Assembly (NCBI GenBank): GCA_004297725.1
Contig: SCUS01000095.1
Coordinates: 28,065 to 92,064 of the forward strand
Length of the DNA: 64,000 nt
Source of the DNA: Myxococcaceae bacterium
GTDB lineage: Bacteria > Myxococcota_A > Polyangia > Polyangiales > Ga0077539
Direction: 5' to 3'
Positions 1 to 10,779 of this stretch are shown here, piece by piece (position 1 is the stretch's first letter; every line of letters starts with the position of its first letter). A model generated the notes under the pieces. That model did no database searches. It saw only the letters and a list, made by a program, of their open reading frames with translations, and had not been told where the DNA came from. The translations under genes and the position numbers were made by a program.

Positions 1-1652
1 CGCCGACGCTCGCCGTCCACCTCCAGCGCGGGGTCGAGCTCGCGGTCGGCCGGCAGCGTCACCACGCGGCGCCATGTTCCGCCGCCGTCGAGCGAGAGCA
101 TCGCGCGATCGCTGGTCGTCAGCATCACCGTGCGCCCGGAGGTCACCAGCCGCGAGACCTCGCCGCGCAGCACCAGGCGCCAGCGCACGCCCCCGTCGTC
201 CGTCGCCACCACCCATCCGTCGCGCTGCACGAAGATCCCGCGGCGACGGTCGACGAAGGTGCCCCAGAGCAGCGAGCGCCCCCGCGCCGACGGGACCAGG
301 CCCCAGCGGGCGCCGCCGTCCTGCGTCCACCAGAGCCCGCCGTCGAGCCGCCACGCCGTGTCGCGGTCGACGAAGCCTCCGGTCCCACGGCCCGGCACCG
401 CGTCGGCGCGCGAGGCGTCGAGGTGCGTCGACATCGCCCGCCACACGCCCCCGAGGTCGCGGCTCACGTAGAGCCCGCACGCCGGCCCGAAGGCCACCAC
501 GCGGCGGTCGTCCACCCGGCGCAGCCGGTCGCACCGGGCCGGGGCGCTGATCTCCCGCTGCATCGGCCGGTCGCGCCTCCACGGGGCGTCGTGGTCGGGC
601 AGCAGCAGCCGGCGGGGAGAGACGCACGCCAGCTCGCCCGTCGGCGCCGTCATGCAGCGCGGCGCGTCGGTGACCGCGGCGAGGCCCGGGTCGTCGTCCC
701 TCGCCCTCGCGTCGCGCGCGGCGACGAGGTCGTAGCGCGAAGGCTGCCAGCTGCGCCCCTGGTCGAAGCTCCACCAGCCCGGGACGGGCGCCCGCCCCGC
801 CTCGATGCCGCCGCGCCAGCGCACGCAGCGCACCACCGCCCCTTCGGCCTCCAGGCCCAGCGCCCCCAGCCGAAAGGGCCGCCAGGTCGATCCGCGGTCT
901 TCGCTGCGGAAATAGAACGAGTCGCGGTCCATCTGGGCCCGGGCGATGAGCGTGTCGCCGCAGGCGTCGACCTCCCGGGCGGTCGCCCCCGGCAGCGCGC
1001 GGGGACCCTCCCACTCGCCCCCGTCGGTGGAGGTCCAGAGCCGCGTCGGGGTCGCCACGAAGATCCGCCGCAGCCGGTCGTGGAAGGCCCTCGCCCCGGC
1101 CCCCGCGGCCGCGGCCTCGGGCGGCAGCGCCCGCTCGCTCCATCGCGCGCCCGCGTCTCGGGAGACGTACACCCTCGGCGCGCTCGGCCGCTCGGCGCTC
1201 CCCTGCGCGATCAGCACCAGCGCGCCCTCGGCGCCCAGCTCGCCCAGCGTCGGCTCGTCGAGGCCCCGGTCTCCCCCGAGCCGGGTGCGCCAGGTGGCCC
1301 CCTCGTCGTCGCTCACGCAGAGCTCCCGCCGGGTGACCGCCACCAGCGACTCTCGCCGCGCCCCCGCCGCGAGGACGTCCTCCAGCACCGGCCCGGGGCG
1401 GAATCCCACGAGGGTCCAGCCCTGCGCCACCCTCGGCGAGAGCGCCACCGAGCACCGCCCCTCCGAGGCCTCGTCCGCCTCCGCCGGGTCGACCGAGCGC
1501 CGGGTCAGCTCCCCCGCCCTCCGCAGCGACTCCCCATCGCCGCGCACCATCGCCCCGCCGTCCGCCGCGGGCTGCGACCGCACCACCCCGGCGTCACCGA
1601 CGGCCTCCGCGGGCCGATCGCACGCGCCGAGCAGCAGCGCGAGCACCGCCAT
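1..1652 (-). CDS. BNR/Asp-box repeat beta-propeller lipoprotein (partial, 3' end outside window)
   Basis: Absent from the ORF track because it is open at the window edge. Manual minus-strand translation from ATG at 1652 gives MAVLALLLGAC (lipobox). About nine Asp-box-like motifs follow (SDDEGATW, SRDAGARW, STDGGEW, SEDRGSTW, SFDQGRSW, SRDLGGVW, TQDGGARW, TDDGGVRW, SLDGGGTW), with strong GC3 bias. An alternative GTG start lies near 1700. Confidence 0.6.
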   Translation of the reverse strand, partial: MAVLALLLGACDRPAEAVGDAGVVRSQPAADGGAMVRGDGESLRRAGELTRRSVDPAEADEASEGRCSVALSPRVAQGWTLVGFRPGPVLEDVLAAGARRESLVAVTRRELCVSDDEGATWRTRLGGDRGLDEPTLGELGAEGALVLIAQGSAERPSAPRVYVSRDAGARWSERALPPEAAAAGAGARAFHDRLRRIFVATPTRLWTSTDGGEWEGPRALPGATAREVDACGDTLIARAQMDRDSFYFRSEDRGSTWRPFRLGALGLEAEGAVVRCVRWRGGIEAGRAPVPGWWSFDQGRSWQPSRYDLVAARDARARDDDPGLAAVTDAPRCMTAPTGELACVSPRRLLLPDHDAPWRRDRPMQREISAPARCDRLRRVDDRRVVAFGPACGLYVSRDLGGVWRAMSTHLDASRADAVPGRGTGGFVDRDTAWRLDGGLWWTQDGGARWGLVPSARGRSLLWGTFVDRRRGIFVQRDGWVVATDDGGVRWRLVLRGEVSRLVTSGRTVMLTTSDRAMLSLDGGGTWRRVVTLPADRELDPALEVDGERR

Positions 1653-1754
1653 CGCGGCGACCGCCCTCCGCTCCAGACCCTCAGCGCGACCGATGGTGAA
1701 CACTTCCCCTTGGGCCCCGGTGTGACGCCCTCCTCCGTCCGGCGCAAGCTCCTG

Positions 1755-2771
1755 TCAGCGCGCGGGAGAGGCCGCCGCAGCGCGGGTGGCGTCGAGGCGG
1801 TCGTCGATGCTCACCGTACGGCGCAGCTCGCGGAGGTAGATTCCCCGCTGGCGCAGCATCTCCCGGTTGACCAGGGCGGCGTAGAGCCGGTCGCGCACCG
1901 AGGCGAAGGGAGGCGGCTCGACCGCGCGCCGCGACACCAGCCGCAGCACGTGCCAGCCCGCGGGCCCCTGCACCGGCTCGCTCACCCCGCCCACCGCCAG
2001 CGCCGTGATGGCCCGGTCGAGCTCCTCGGGCAGCGAGCCCGGCTGGATCTCCCCCAGCACGCCGCCGCTCTCCCGGGAGGCCGTGTCGTCCGACATCTGC
2101 CGCGCCAGGTTGCCGAAGTCCTCGCCCCCGCGCGCCCGCCGCACGACATCCAGCGCCCTCGCCCTCGCCGCGGCCACCTGCTCGGGCGTCGAGTCTTCGG
2201 CCACGCCGACGAGCACGTGGGCGATGGTCGGAACCGTCTGGTCGGCCGCCTCGCGCACCGCGCGCCGGTAGGCCTGCTGGAGGTCGGCGTCGGTGATGTT
2301 GATGCGCCCCCGCACGCGCGCCTGGAGCACCCGCAGCTGGAGCACCTCGCTCTCCATGTAGCTCCGGTACTCGGTGCGCGACACGCCCTCCTGCTGGAGC
2401 GCCGCGTAGATCTGCTCGGGGGTGGCGCCCCGCTCGGTGGCCATGCGCCCGATGAACTCGTCGACGTCGTCCTCGCTCACGGTGAGGTGCGCCCTCGTGG
2501 CGGCCCGCCGGATGAGCTGGTCGTCGAGCATCCGGTCGAGGGCCGTGCGCAGCACCTCCGTCCTCCGCTGCGCGAGCTGCTGGGCCGACAGCCCCGCGGG
2601 GATCTCCGCCAGGAAGGGCCGCGCCCGCCGCTCGAGCTCCGACAGGAAGATCGCGTCGTCGTCGACCACGCACACCACCCGCTCGATGATCTCCTCGGCC
2701 CACGCCCCGGCGCTCGCCAGGGAGAGCGCGACGCCCACCATCCACCCGAGGCTCTTCGCCGATCGCTTCAT
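1755..2771 (-). CDS. SurA-like periplasmic chaperone / parvulin-type peptidyl-prolyl isomerase
   Basis: This is the C-terminal 338 aa of the 1755..6401 minus ORF, starting at MKRSAKSLGWMVGVALSLASAGAWA (signal peptide). It has a SurA_N-like helical region and a PpiC/rotamase segment (AHVLVGV...GGVLGEIQPGSLPEELDRAI...GWHVLRL). The ATG at 2771 is in frame; the upstream part of the ORF is Arg-rich junk. Confidence 0.8.
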   Translation of the reverse strand: MKRSAKSLGWMVGVALSLASAGAWAEEIIERVVCVVDDDAIFLSELERRARPFLAEIPAGLSAQQLAQRRTEVLRTALDRMLDDQLIRRAATRAHLTVSEDDVDEFIGRMATERGATPEQIYAALQQEGVSRTEYRSYMESEVLQLRVLQARVRGRINITDADLQQAYRRAVREAADQTVPTIAHVLVGVAEDSTPEQVAAARARALDVVRRARGGEDFGNLARQMSDDTASRESGGVLGEIQPGSLPEELDRAITALAVGGVSEPVQGPAGWHVLRLVSRRAVEPPPFASVRDRLYAALVNREMLRQRGIYLRELRRTVSIDDRLDATRAAAASPAR

Positions 2772-2782
2772 CGCCCGCTCCC

Positions 2783-3883
2783 TCACCGCGGCACCGCCGG
2801 CATCGGCACGCCCGGACCGCCCATCAATGCAGGCGGCGCCACCACGCCGCCCTCCGCCGCCCTCGGCTGCGCGTCGACCCGCACCCGCCCGAGGGCCGCC
2901 TCGTCGATGCTCACCGCGGTGCTCCCTCGGAGCCTCGCGAGCAGCGCCGTCACGGCCGCCTCCTGGGCGGCGTTGAGCTTCTCGTTGACCAGCCGACGGC
3001 GGATGCGCTGCTGCTCGTCGTCGACGGTGCGGTGCAGCGCGTCGCGCCGCGCCGTCAGCCGGATCACATGGAAGCCCGGCCCGTGGTTGACGCCCCCGTG
3101 CGCGCTCTCCACGACCCGGTTGAGGATCTGCCCGTTGCGCTCGATGGAGAAGGCCGCCTCGGCCACCTCGGGCATCACCGAGGCGCCGCCGCTGCGGGGG
3201 AAGAACGCCATGTCGCCGTCGCGCGACTGCGACGGGACATCCAGCGAGCGCGCCCTCGCCTGGGCCCGGAAGTACGCGTCGTCGGCCTCGTGGGCCCGCA
3301 CGTCGGCCAGCACCCGCTCGGCGTCGGCGCGGGTGCCGAGCACGATCTGGCTCGCCCGCACCTCGGCGTCGGTGTCGTACTCGGCGCGGTGCGCGTCGTA
3401 GTAGGCGCGCACCTCGGCGTCGGTCACCGTCGGCGTCGGCACCGCGTCGCGGGTGGACTGCTCGAGCCGCCTCGCGAGCTGGATGATCACCGCGCGGCGC
3501 ACCTCGGGCTCGCGGTCGAGGCCCCGGTGCTCCGCCTCGGCGGCGAGGAGCTCGGCGTCGACCCAGGACTGCAAGAGCGCGCGGCGCTGCTCCGGGGCGT
3601 TGAAGCGGGCGCGGAGGTAGGGGTTCTGGGAGTTCACCCGGCGGGTGAAGTCGCAGAGGGTGAGGGACTGCTCGCCCACGCGGGCCACGACGAGGTCGCG
3701 CTGCGACGGCTCGAGGATGGCGCAGGGATCGACCCGTCGACCCGCCCCTCCATCGGCCGCGGCCACGGAGGCGTCGGCGCGCGCGGCGGCGTCGCGGCGG
3801 GTGTTCGCCACGCCAGCCGGGGGCTTCGGGCAACCCGCCGTGACGAACACCAGACCCAGGAGCGGAGCGAGGGAGGCGCGCAT
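2783..3883 (-). CDS. PrsA/PpiD-like parvulin-type PPIase lipoprotein
   Basis: Internal ATG at 3883 of the 2783..4684 ORF gives MRASLAPLLGLVFVTAGC (lipobox). A rotamase-like core follows (ASQIVLGT...DGDMAFFPR...VMPEVAEAAF...GFHVIRL). It lies 12 nt upstream of the SurA-like gene on the same strand. Confidence 0.75.
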   Translation of the reverse strand: MRASLAPLLGLVFVTAGCPKPPAGVANTRRDAAARADASVAAADGGAGRRVDPCAILEPSQRDLVVARVGEQSLTLCDFTRRVNSQNPYLRARFNAPEQRRALLQSWVDAELLAAEAEHRGLDREPEVRRAVIIQLARRLEQSTRDAVPTPTVTDAEVRAYYDAHRAEYDTDAEVRASQIVLGTRADAERVLADVRAHEADDAYFRAQARARSLDVPSQSRDGDMAFFPRSGGASVMPEVAEAAFSIERNGQILNRVVESAHGGVNHGPGFHVIRLTARRDALHRTVDDEQQRIRRRLVNEKLNAAQEAAVTALLARLRGSTAVSIDEAALGRVRVDAQPRAAEGGVVAPPALMGGPGVPMPAVPR

Positions 3884-3964
3884 TCTCGAAGTGGCAGGGG
3901 CTACCACGTCGCGCGCTCCCCGGGCAATCCGCGCCGGGCGCTGGTAGAGCTTGTCCCCCTGCGC

Positions 3965-4279
3965 GTGACCGCCCCGAAGCCCTCCTCCCCCCACTGGACC
4001 GTCTACCTCTTGCGCTGCGCCGACGGGTCGCTCTACGCCGGCATCGCCCGCTCGCTCGACGACCGGGTGGCGGCGCACAACGCCGGGCGGGGCGCGAAGT
4101 ACACCCGGGCGAGGCTCCCGGTAGAGGTGGCGTGGTCGCGAGGGAGGCAGCCCCCCACCGACGCGCGGCGGCTGGAGTACGCCCTGAAGCAGCTCTCCCG
4201 GGCGGAGAAGCTGCGGCTCGTGAGCGGCGACGAGGCGCTCTGGCGCAGGGTGCGTCGAGACGCCTTGGGAGGAGGGTGA
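3965..4279 (+). CDS. GIY-YIG nuclease family protein (UPF0213/YhbQ-like)
   Basis: In-frame GTG at 3965. Sequence WTVYLLRCADGSLYAGIARSLDDRVAAHNAGRGAKYTR...EYALKQL matches the GIY-(x10)-YxG...R...H...E pattern. The upstream part of the 3032..4279 ORF is wrong-frame junk antisense to the PPIase gene. Confidence 0.75.
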   Translation: MTAPKPSSPHWTVYLLRCADGSLYAGIARSLDDRVAAHNAGRGAKYTRARLPVEVAWSRGRQPPTDARRLEYALKQLSRAEKLRLVSGDEALWRRVRRDALGGG

Positions 4280-4322
4280 GCGGTTGCGTCGAGGGGTCTG
4301 ACAGTGCAAATAGCGCCCCTCG

Positions 4323-5927
<1,605 letters not shown>

Positions 5928-5944
5928 AGGGCCGGGCGGGCGCG

Positions 5945-6490
5945 CTACGGGCGCGGGGGGTCGGGGATGAGCGTGGGCTCCATCCCGGTGAAGTCGCGCG
6001 GAGCGGCGATGAGCACCGGGCAGCGCGCGGCCTCGACGATCTTCTGCGCCACCGATCCGAAGGCAAGGCGGCTGACCGCGCTGTGCCCGTGGGTGCCCAC
6101 CACGATGAGCTCGACGTCGTAGTCGAGGGCGAGCTGGAAGACGTTCTGCACCACGTCGCCGATGCGGACGTGCAGCTTCACGTCGAGCGGGCGCTCGCCC
6201 ACGCGCGAGGCCACGAACTCCTCGAGCTTCTTCGAGGCCTCCTCGAGCGCGGCGGTGTGCCGCTCGGTGACCGCCGCGCGCCCCGACGTGCTGGTGTCCG
6301 GAACCACATGGGCGATCTGCAGCGGCGCGTGGCGGTGCGCCTCCGCGAAGCGCATCGCCAGCGTGAGGGCGTTGTGACCGGTCTCGTCGAACTGCACGCA
6401 CACCAGGATCGGGTACGCGCCGGGCACGTGGCGGGGCCAGTCCGGGCGGTTGATGTGGGGGAGATCGAGCGGGTCCATGTCGTTGCTCAT
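5945..6490 (-). CDS. universal stress protein (UspA family)
   Basis: ILVCVQFDETG...ELIVVGTHGHSAVSRLAFGSVAQKIVEAARCPVLI is the typical Usp ATP-binding C-terminal motif. Confidence 0.8.
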   Translation of the reverse strand: MSNDMDPLDLPHINRPDWPRHVPGAYPILVCVQFDETGHNALTLAMRFAEAHRHAPLQIAHVVPDTSTSGRAAVTERHTAALEEASKKLEEFVASRVGERPLDVKLHVRIGDVVQNVFQLALDYDVELIVVGTHGHSAVSRLAFGSVAQKIVEAARCPVLIAAPRDFTGMEPTLIPDPPRP

Positions 6491-6570
6491 AGCTGTGCCT
6501 CCTGCGGTTTGTTCTGTTTCATTGCAAGCGTTCTCCCCGTCCGTGGGCTCACGTCACCGCCAGCCCGGCG

Positions 6571-7761
6571 TCAACCGATGATCATGTTCTCGTGCACCAG
6601 GTCGCCGCGGGCGAAGCGGTCGAGGGACCAGCGCGCGAAGAGCTCGCTGGTCTCGCCGGTGTCGACGTGCTCCGCGAGCAGCCGCCCCATCACCGGCGCC
6701 ATCATGAACCCGTGACCCATGAAGCCGCACGCCAGCGTGAGGTTCGTCGGGTCGGCCACCCTCCCCACGATGGGTCCGCCGTCGGGCGTGAGGTCGTAGC
6801 AGCCCGCCCACTGCCGCAGCACGCGCACCCCCGCCAGCACCGGCACCGCACCCACCAGCGCCCTCGAGTACGTCGTCAGGAAGCGCCGCGAACTCTGCTG
6901 GTTGATCCCCTCGGGCACCGGGTCGACGGCCACGCCACCGACGATCTCACCCCGCATCGACTGCGAGAAATACAGCCCGTCGGTGAGGTCTGCCACCAGC
7001 GGCCCGAGCCACGGCTTCAGCGGCTCGGTCGCGCAGATCTCGTGACGGTGCGGCTTGTTGGGCAGCGCGACCCCGAGCAGCGCCGCCACCTTCGGGCTCC
7101 ACGCCCCGGCGCAGATCACCACCTCGTCACACGCCTCGGTCGTCGCGTCCCCCGCCGGGAGCACCTCGTCGCTCGCGTCGAGGGGAGAGAGCCTCGTCGG
7201 GCGCAGCCTCACGCCCGTGATGCGGCCGTTGCTCGTCTCGAAGCCCACCACCTCGGTGAAGGGCCGGATGGTCACGCCGAGGTCCTCCGCGGCGCGCGCG
7301 TAGCCCCACACGAAGGGCCACGGAAACACCACCCCGTCGCCCGGGTTGAAGCTCGCCGCGCGCACCCCCTCGGTCGCCAGCTCGGGGACGATCTTCCGCA
7401 TCTCCGCGGCGTCGACCATGCGCGTGGGCAGGCCGCAGCGGTTCTGCAGCGCGACGTTCTCCTCGAGGGCCCTCGCCCGCTCGGCGCTGCGCGCCAGGAA
7501 GAGGTAGCCCCCCTGGCGAAACCACACGTTGATCTTCATCTCCGTCGCGAAATCACGGCAGATGGCGATGCTCTCGCGCATCAGCCGGATGTTGGTCTCG
7601 CTGGAGAACTGCGCCCGCACCCCGCCGCCGTTGCGCCCGCTGGCGCCGCCGCAGAGGTAGGTACGGTCGACCACCAGCACGTCCCTCACGCCCCGCTTCG
7701 CGAGGTTGTAGGCCGTGGCGAGCCCCATGATGCCCGCCCCGATCACCACCACCCTCGCCAT
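6571..7761 (-). CDS. FAD-dependent oxidoreductase, sarcosine oxidase beta / HcnC / D-amino-acid dehydrogenase-like
   Basis: Internal ATG at 7761 gives MARVVVIGAGIMGLATAYNLAKRG (GxGxxG dinucleotide fold) with a DAO-family body. The start overlaps the upstream gene stop as ATGA. Confidence 0.85.
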   Translation of the reverse strand: MARVVVIGAGIMGLATAYNLAKRGVRDVLVVDRTYLCGGASGRNGGGVRAQFSSETNIRLMRESIAICRDFATEMKINVWFRQGGYLFLARSAERARALEENVALQNRCGLPTRMVDAAEMRKIVPELATEGVRAASFNPGDGVVFPWPFVWGYARAAEDLGVTIRPFTEVVGFETSNGRITGVRLRPTRLSPLDASDEVLPAGDATTEACDEVVICAGAWSPKVAALLGVALPNKPHRHEICATEPLKPWLGPLVADLTDGLYFSQSMRGEIVGGVAVDPVPEGINQQSSRRFLTTYSRALVGAVPVLAGVRVLRQWAGCYDLTPDGGPIVGRVADPTNLTLACGFMGHGFMMAPVMGRLLAEHVDTGETSELFARWSLDRFARGDLVHENMIIG

Positions 7762-8036
7762 CAGCCCTCCTCCGAGTCGCCCAGCGACGCGAGCACCCCG
7801 AGGGCCACCGGGTGCAACGGAGGACGCGGCGTGATGGGAAGCTGCGGGGCCTTGCCCGTCGCCTTCGCCAGCACGCGGGCGCAGGCCACCACGCACTGCT
7901 TTCCCTGGCACCACCCGGTGCCGAAGCCCGTGTAGCGCTTCACCGACTCGATGTCCTGGTGGCCCGCCTCCAGCGCCTCCATCACCTCGTCGAGCGTGAC
8001 GTCCTCGCAGCGGCACAGCATCGCCTTCGCGGTCAT
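7761..8036 (-). CDS. small BFD-like [2Fe-2S]-binding protein
   Basis: 91 aa, MTAKAMLCRCEDVTLDEVMEALEAGHQDIESVKRYTGFGTGWCQGKQC. This is the CxC...CxxxxC spacing typical of BFD-like 2Fe-2S domains. It has ATGA overlaps with both neighbours (8033-8036 and 7761-7763). Confidence 0.7.
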   Translation of the reverse strand: MTAKAMLCRCEDVTLDEVMEALEAGHQDIESVKRYTGFGTGWCQGKQCVVACARVLAKATGKAPQLPITPRPPLHPVALGVLASLGDSEEG

Positions 8037-9349
8037 CGCCCCTCCCCTCGCAGGTCGCGCAGCGCCCGGGCGCCCACCGCCGCGCCGTCCCTCGCCCTCG
8101 CGTCGTGGTCGATTCTCCCCCAGCGCAGCGAGCCCGCCACGTACACGCCCTCGCGCGAGGTCGCCCCCTCCGCGTCGCTCTCCGGCACGAAGCACTGCCG
8201 CCCGTCGCTCCAGAGCACGCTCGCCCCGGCCTGCCCCGCCAGCTCGTAGGCCGCGCCCAGCTCCCCGTCGACCACCAGCGCGTCGCACTTCACGGTCCAC
8301 TCGCGGCCGCCCTCGCGCAGCGTCGCGCCCTTGACCGCGCGGCCGCCCAGCGCCTCGACCACCGCGGCGCCAGGGGAGTGCGTCACCCGCTCGCCGAGCG
8401 TCGCCGCGATGGAGCGGGCGAAGAGCCCGTCGCCCACCAGCGCCACGCGCTCACCGGCCAGCACGCCGTGGCAGAGCGCCAGCGCGAAGGCCCTCGCGGT
8501 GAACACCCCGGGCACGTCGCTCTGCGGGAAGACCCCCACGGACTCTCGCGCCCCGGTGGCGAACACCCTCACCCTCGCGCGCACCGTCACCCCCCTGCCC
8601 TCGTGGATCACCAGGGTCTCGTCGTCGTAGGTGGCGACCGCGCCCGAGCCGTAGCGCACCATCACCGCGGGGTCGCAGCCGGGGTACGCGCCGTCGTCCA
8701 ACGGGTCGTCGCGTCGCATCCCTCCGGGGCCTTCGCGCTCGTCGACGAGCATCACTCGGGCTCCGCCTCGGGCGAGGGCGTTGGCGCAGGCGACGCCGGA
8801 GGTGCCGGCGCCGACCACGAGGGCGTCGACGTCGAGGATCTCCGAGCGGGGGAAGGTGGCGATCGCGTCGGGGAGGGTGCCGAGCCCTGCCATGCGCCGC
8901 GCGAAGACCTGCATGGTGCGGTTGAGGGCGCCGCCGAACTTCACCAGCAGGTGGTGGTGGTCGAGGTGCCTGGGGAAGAACCAGTCGGTCACCCGCAGCA
9001 CGTCGATTCCCGCCGTGGGGAAGGCGTTCTGCGACTGCGCCACCATGCCTGCGCGGGCGGGCGTCTGGCAGGACATCACGTTGGGCACGCCGTCGACGCG
9101 CACGAGGCAGCCGTCGCAGTCGCCGCGGAGGCACATGGCGCCGCGGGGCCGGTGGTACTTCACGCTGCGCGCGAGGGTGAGCTGGCCCGCGGCGAGGAGC
9201 GACACCGCGAGGGGCTCACCCTCGACGGCGGCGACCGGGGCGCCGTCGTGCTCGACGGTGACGCGCCCGGAGGAGCCGAGGGCGGCGAGGCGTCGTGCGA
9301 GCGGAGAGCCTGGAGGGAGGTCGGTGGGAAGGATCCGTCGCGGCGCCAT
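8033..9349 (-). CDS. fused 2Fe-2S (SoxA-N/HcnA-like) + FAD/NAD(P)-binding oxidoreductase (HcnB/OoxA-like)
   Basis: Internal ATG at 9349. The N-terminus VTVEHDGAPV...SVKYHRPRGAMCLRGDCDGCLVRVDGVPNVMSCQT resembles the Fer2_4 domain. It is followed by DALVVGAGTSGVACANALARGG (GxGxxG). Confidence 0.75.
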   Translation of the reverse strand: MAPRRILPTDLPPGSPLARRLAALGSSGRVTVEHDGAPVAAVEGEPLAVSLLAAGQLTLARSVKYHRPRGAMCLRGDCDGCLVRVDGVPNVMSCQTPARAGMVAQSQNAFPTAGIDVLRVTDWFFPRHLDHHHLLVKFGGALNRTMQVFARRMAGLGTLPDAIATFPRSEILDVDALVVGAGTSGVACANALARGGARVMLVDEREGPGGMRRDDPLDDGAYPGCDPAVMVRYGSGAVATYDDETLVIHEGRGVTVRARVRVFATGARESVGVFPQSDVPGVFTARAFALALCHGVLAGERVALVGDGLFARSIAATLGERVTHSPGAAVVEALGGRAVKGATLREGGREWTVKCDALVVDGELGAAYELAGQAGASVLWSDGRQCFVPESDAEGATSREGVYVAGSLRWGRIDHDARARDGAAVGARALRDLRGEGR

Positions 9350-9405
9350 AGGGGTGAACGTGCTGCTCCGCGCGGGAGGATATACCTCAGCCGCGCGGCG
9401 CGACT

Positions 9406-10053
9406 CTAGGGTTCGTGCGGGAGGGGATGGATCGCGAAGCGCCGGGCGGCCTCGCAGCGTGGCGAGTCGAGCACGACGTGCACGGAGTCGGGGAGCCAGC
9501 CCATGCGCTGCAGGGCGCGGTGGGCGTCGGGCGATGGCAGGAAGAGGTCGAGGTGGTGGCCGTTGATGGCGCCGCCGCGGTCGACGGCGACGAAGCAGCC
9601 GTCGTGGGTCGATCCGTCGGGGAGCGGCATGCCGATGAGCTCCGGGAGCTCGACGGTGCTGCCGAGGGGGACGAAGCGCGGGTCGACGGCGAGGGAGCGG
9701 TAGGGGACGAGCGCGAAGCCCGCGACGCCGATGCCGAAGGGGTAGAGCGCGGGGTCGACCTCGATGTAGCAGGAGCGCCCCTCGCGCCGGGAGGACCAGT
9801 TGAAGAGCCTGCCGTCCCAGGAGCGGCCGGTGCCCTCCATGGCGAGGGCCTCGGCGAAGCGGCTGGTGCACCAGGTGAGCGTGCGGCCCTGCGGGTCGAG
9901 CACGCGGGCGGCCTGGCGGTCGTCGGGCCGGGGGGTCTCGTGGGCGATCCAGTAGCGGGTGAGCTGGAAGGCGCCGGGGACGGCGGTCTGCGCGCGCGCG
10001 ACGGCGGGCGCGAGGGAGAGCGCGAGCGCGGCGACGAGGAGGCGGGGGAGCAT
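9406..10053 (-). CDS. secreted 3D-domain (MltA/RlpA-like DPBB) protein
   Basis: Start at ATG 10053 gives MLPRLLVAALALSLAPAVARA (signal peptide). The C-terminal CFVAVDRGGAINGHHLDLFL is a 3D-domain hallmark. Confidence 0.7.
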   Translation of the reverse strand: MLPRLLVAALALSLAPAVARAQTAVPGAFQLTRYWIAHETPRPDDRQAARVLDPQGRTLTWCTSRFAEALAMEGTGRSWDGRLFNWSSRREGRSCYIEVDPALYPFGIGVAGFALVPYRSLAVDPRFVPLGSTVELPELIGMPLPDGSTHDGCFVAVDRGGAINGHHLDLFLPSPDAHRALQRMGWLPDSVHVVLDSPRCEAARRFAIHPLPHEP

Positions 10054-10779
10054 CGCGGCGGAGTGTATTCGAATTGGGCCGTGGGATGAGGGTCCGGGGA
10101 GCAACCGCCCACGCCGACGGTCACTGTCCTCGCCCGGAGGGGAGCGCCCGGCCAGGTCATCAGTCACCGCCCTCCGTCACGGGTCGTCAGGCTGGAGGGA
10201 GGGCGCGGGGAGCGACCAACTGTCGCCTCGCGGAGGAAGCGCGTCGCAGAGCTTCCGCCAGAGCAGACCTACGATCGCGGGCGCCTGCGGAAAGTCGACG
10301 CGATATCGCAGGTCACCCGGTCCTGCGCCGCCACCGCCACCCCGATCGCGACGCGGTGCCAGCGCGACAGCCCCTCGGCGCTCTTCATTGCAGCACGCTA
10401 CACCCGCGCCCGGGCGCCCGCTGGCGACCTCCCACCGGGTGGCCGTACCCACGTGGCGCCCGTCGACCGCAATCTCACCGCCGTAGGCGACGCTCCTGGC
10501 GTCGACGCCACGAAGCTACCCATCGAGCTCGCCGGAAGCTCCGCGGGACAGCTCAAGGGAGACCGCGGACTTCGTACACCGGGCGTCTCGTCAACCCGAG
10601 CCGATCCCTGTCAGCGGGGGTGCCACGCCGGACGCCCTTAGGAGCCTCAGGGCCGGTCGGCGGGCACGAACGCCAGCACCAGCGCCGCGTCCGCGAGGTC
10701 GCACGCGAAGTCGGCGCGTGGGGCGTCTGGTGATGTAGCGTTCCGACGGTATTTTCCGTCGGAGACGGGAGGCTGATCG

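Noticed and set aside
423-3401. 992-aa plus-strand ORF, with similar giants at 1755..6401 (upstream part), 4304..6715, 20940..24404, 22808..25009, 25006..30069 (upstream part), 31409..34264, 36526..39816 and 12945..14915
   Set aside because: They are extremely Arg/Pro/Ala/Gly-rich, with no motifs. They lie antisense to, or out of frame with, genes that have clear family signatures. Such open frames are expected in DNA of about 70% G+C, where stop codons are rare.
6571-9349. Naming the operon hcnABC (hydrogen cyanide synthase)
   Set aside because: The domain content is shared with sarcosine and opine oxidases and with proline dehydrogenases. The domain arrangement differs from Pseudomonas hcnABC, and the substrate cannot be inferred by eye.
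10177-10452. 91-aa minus-strand ORF in the ~700-nt gap between the 3D-domain gene and the MSEFQYYEF gene
   Set aside because: GC3 bias is mixed, and the ORF contains a Gly/Arg-rich core. No signal, motif or RBS was recognised. It may be a decayed remnant, and I cannot support it as a gene.
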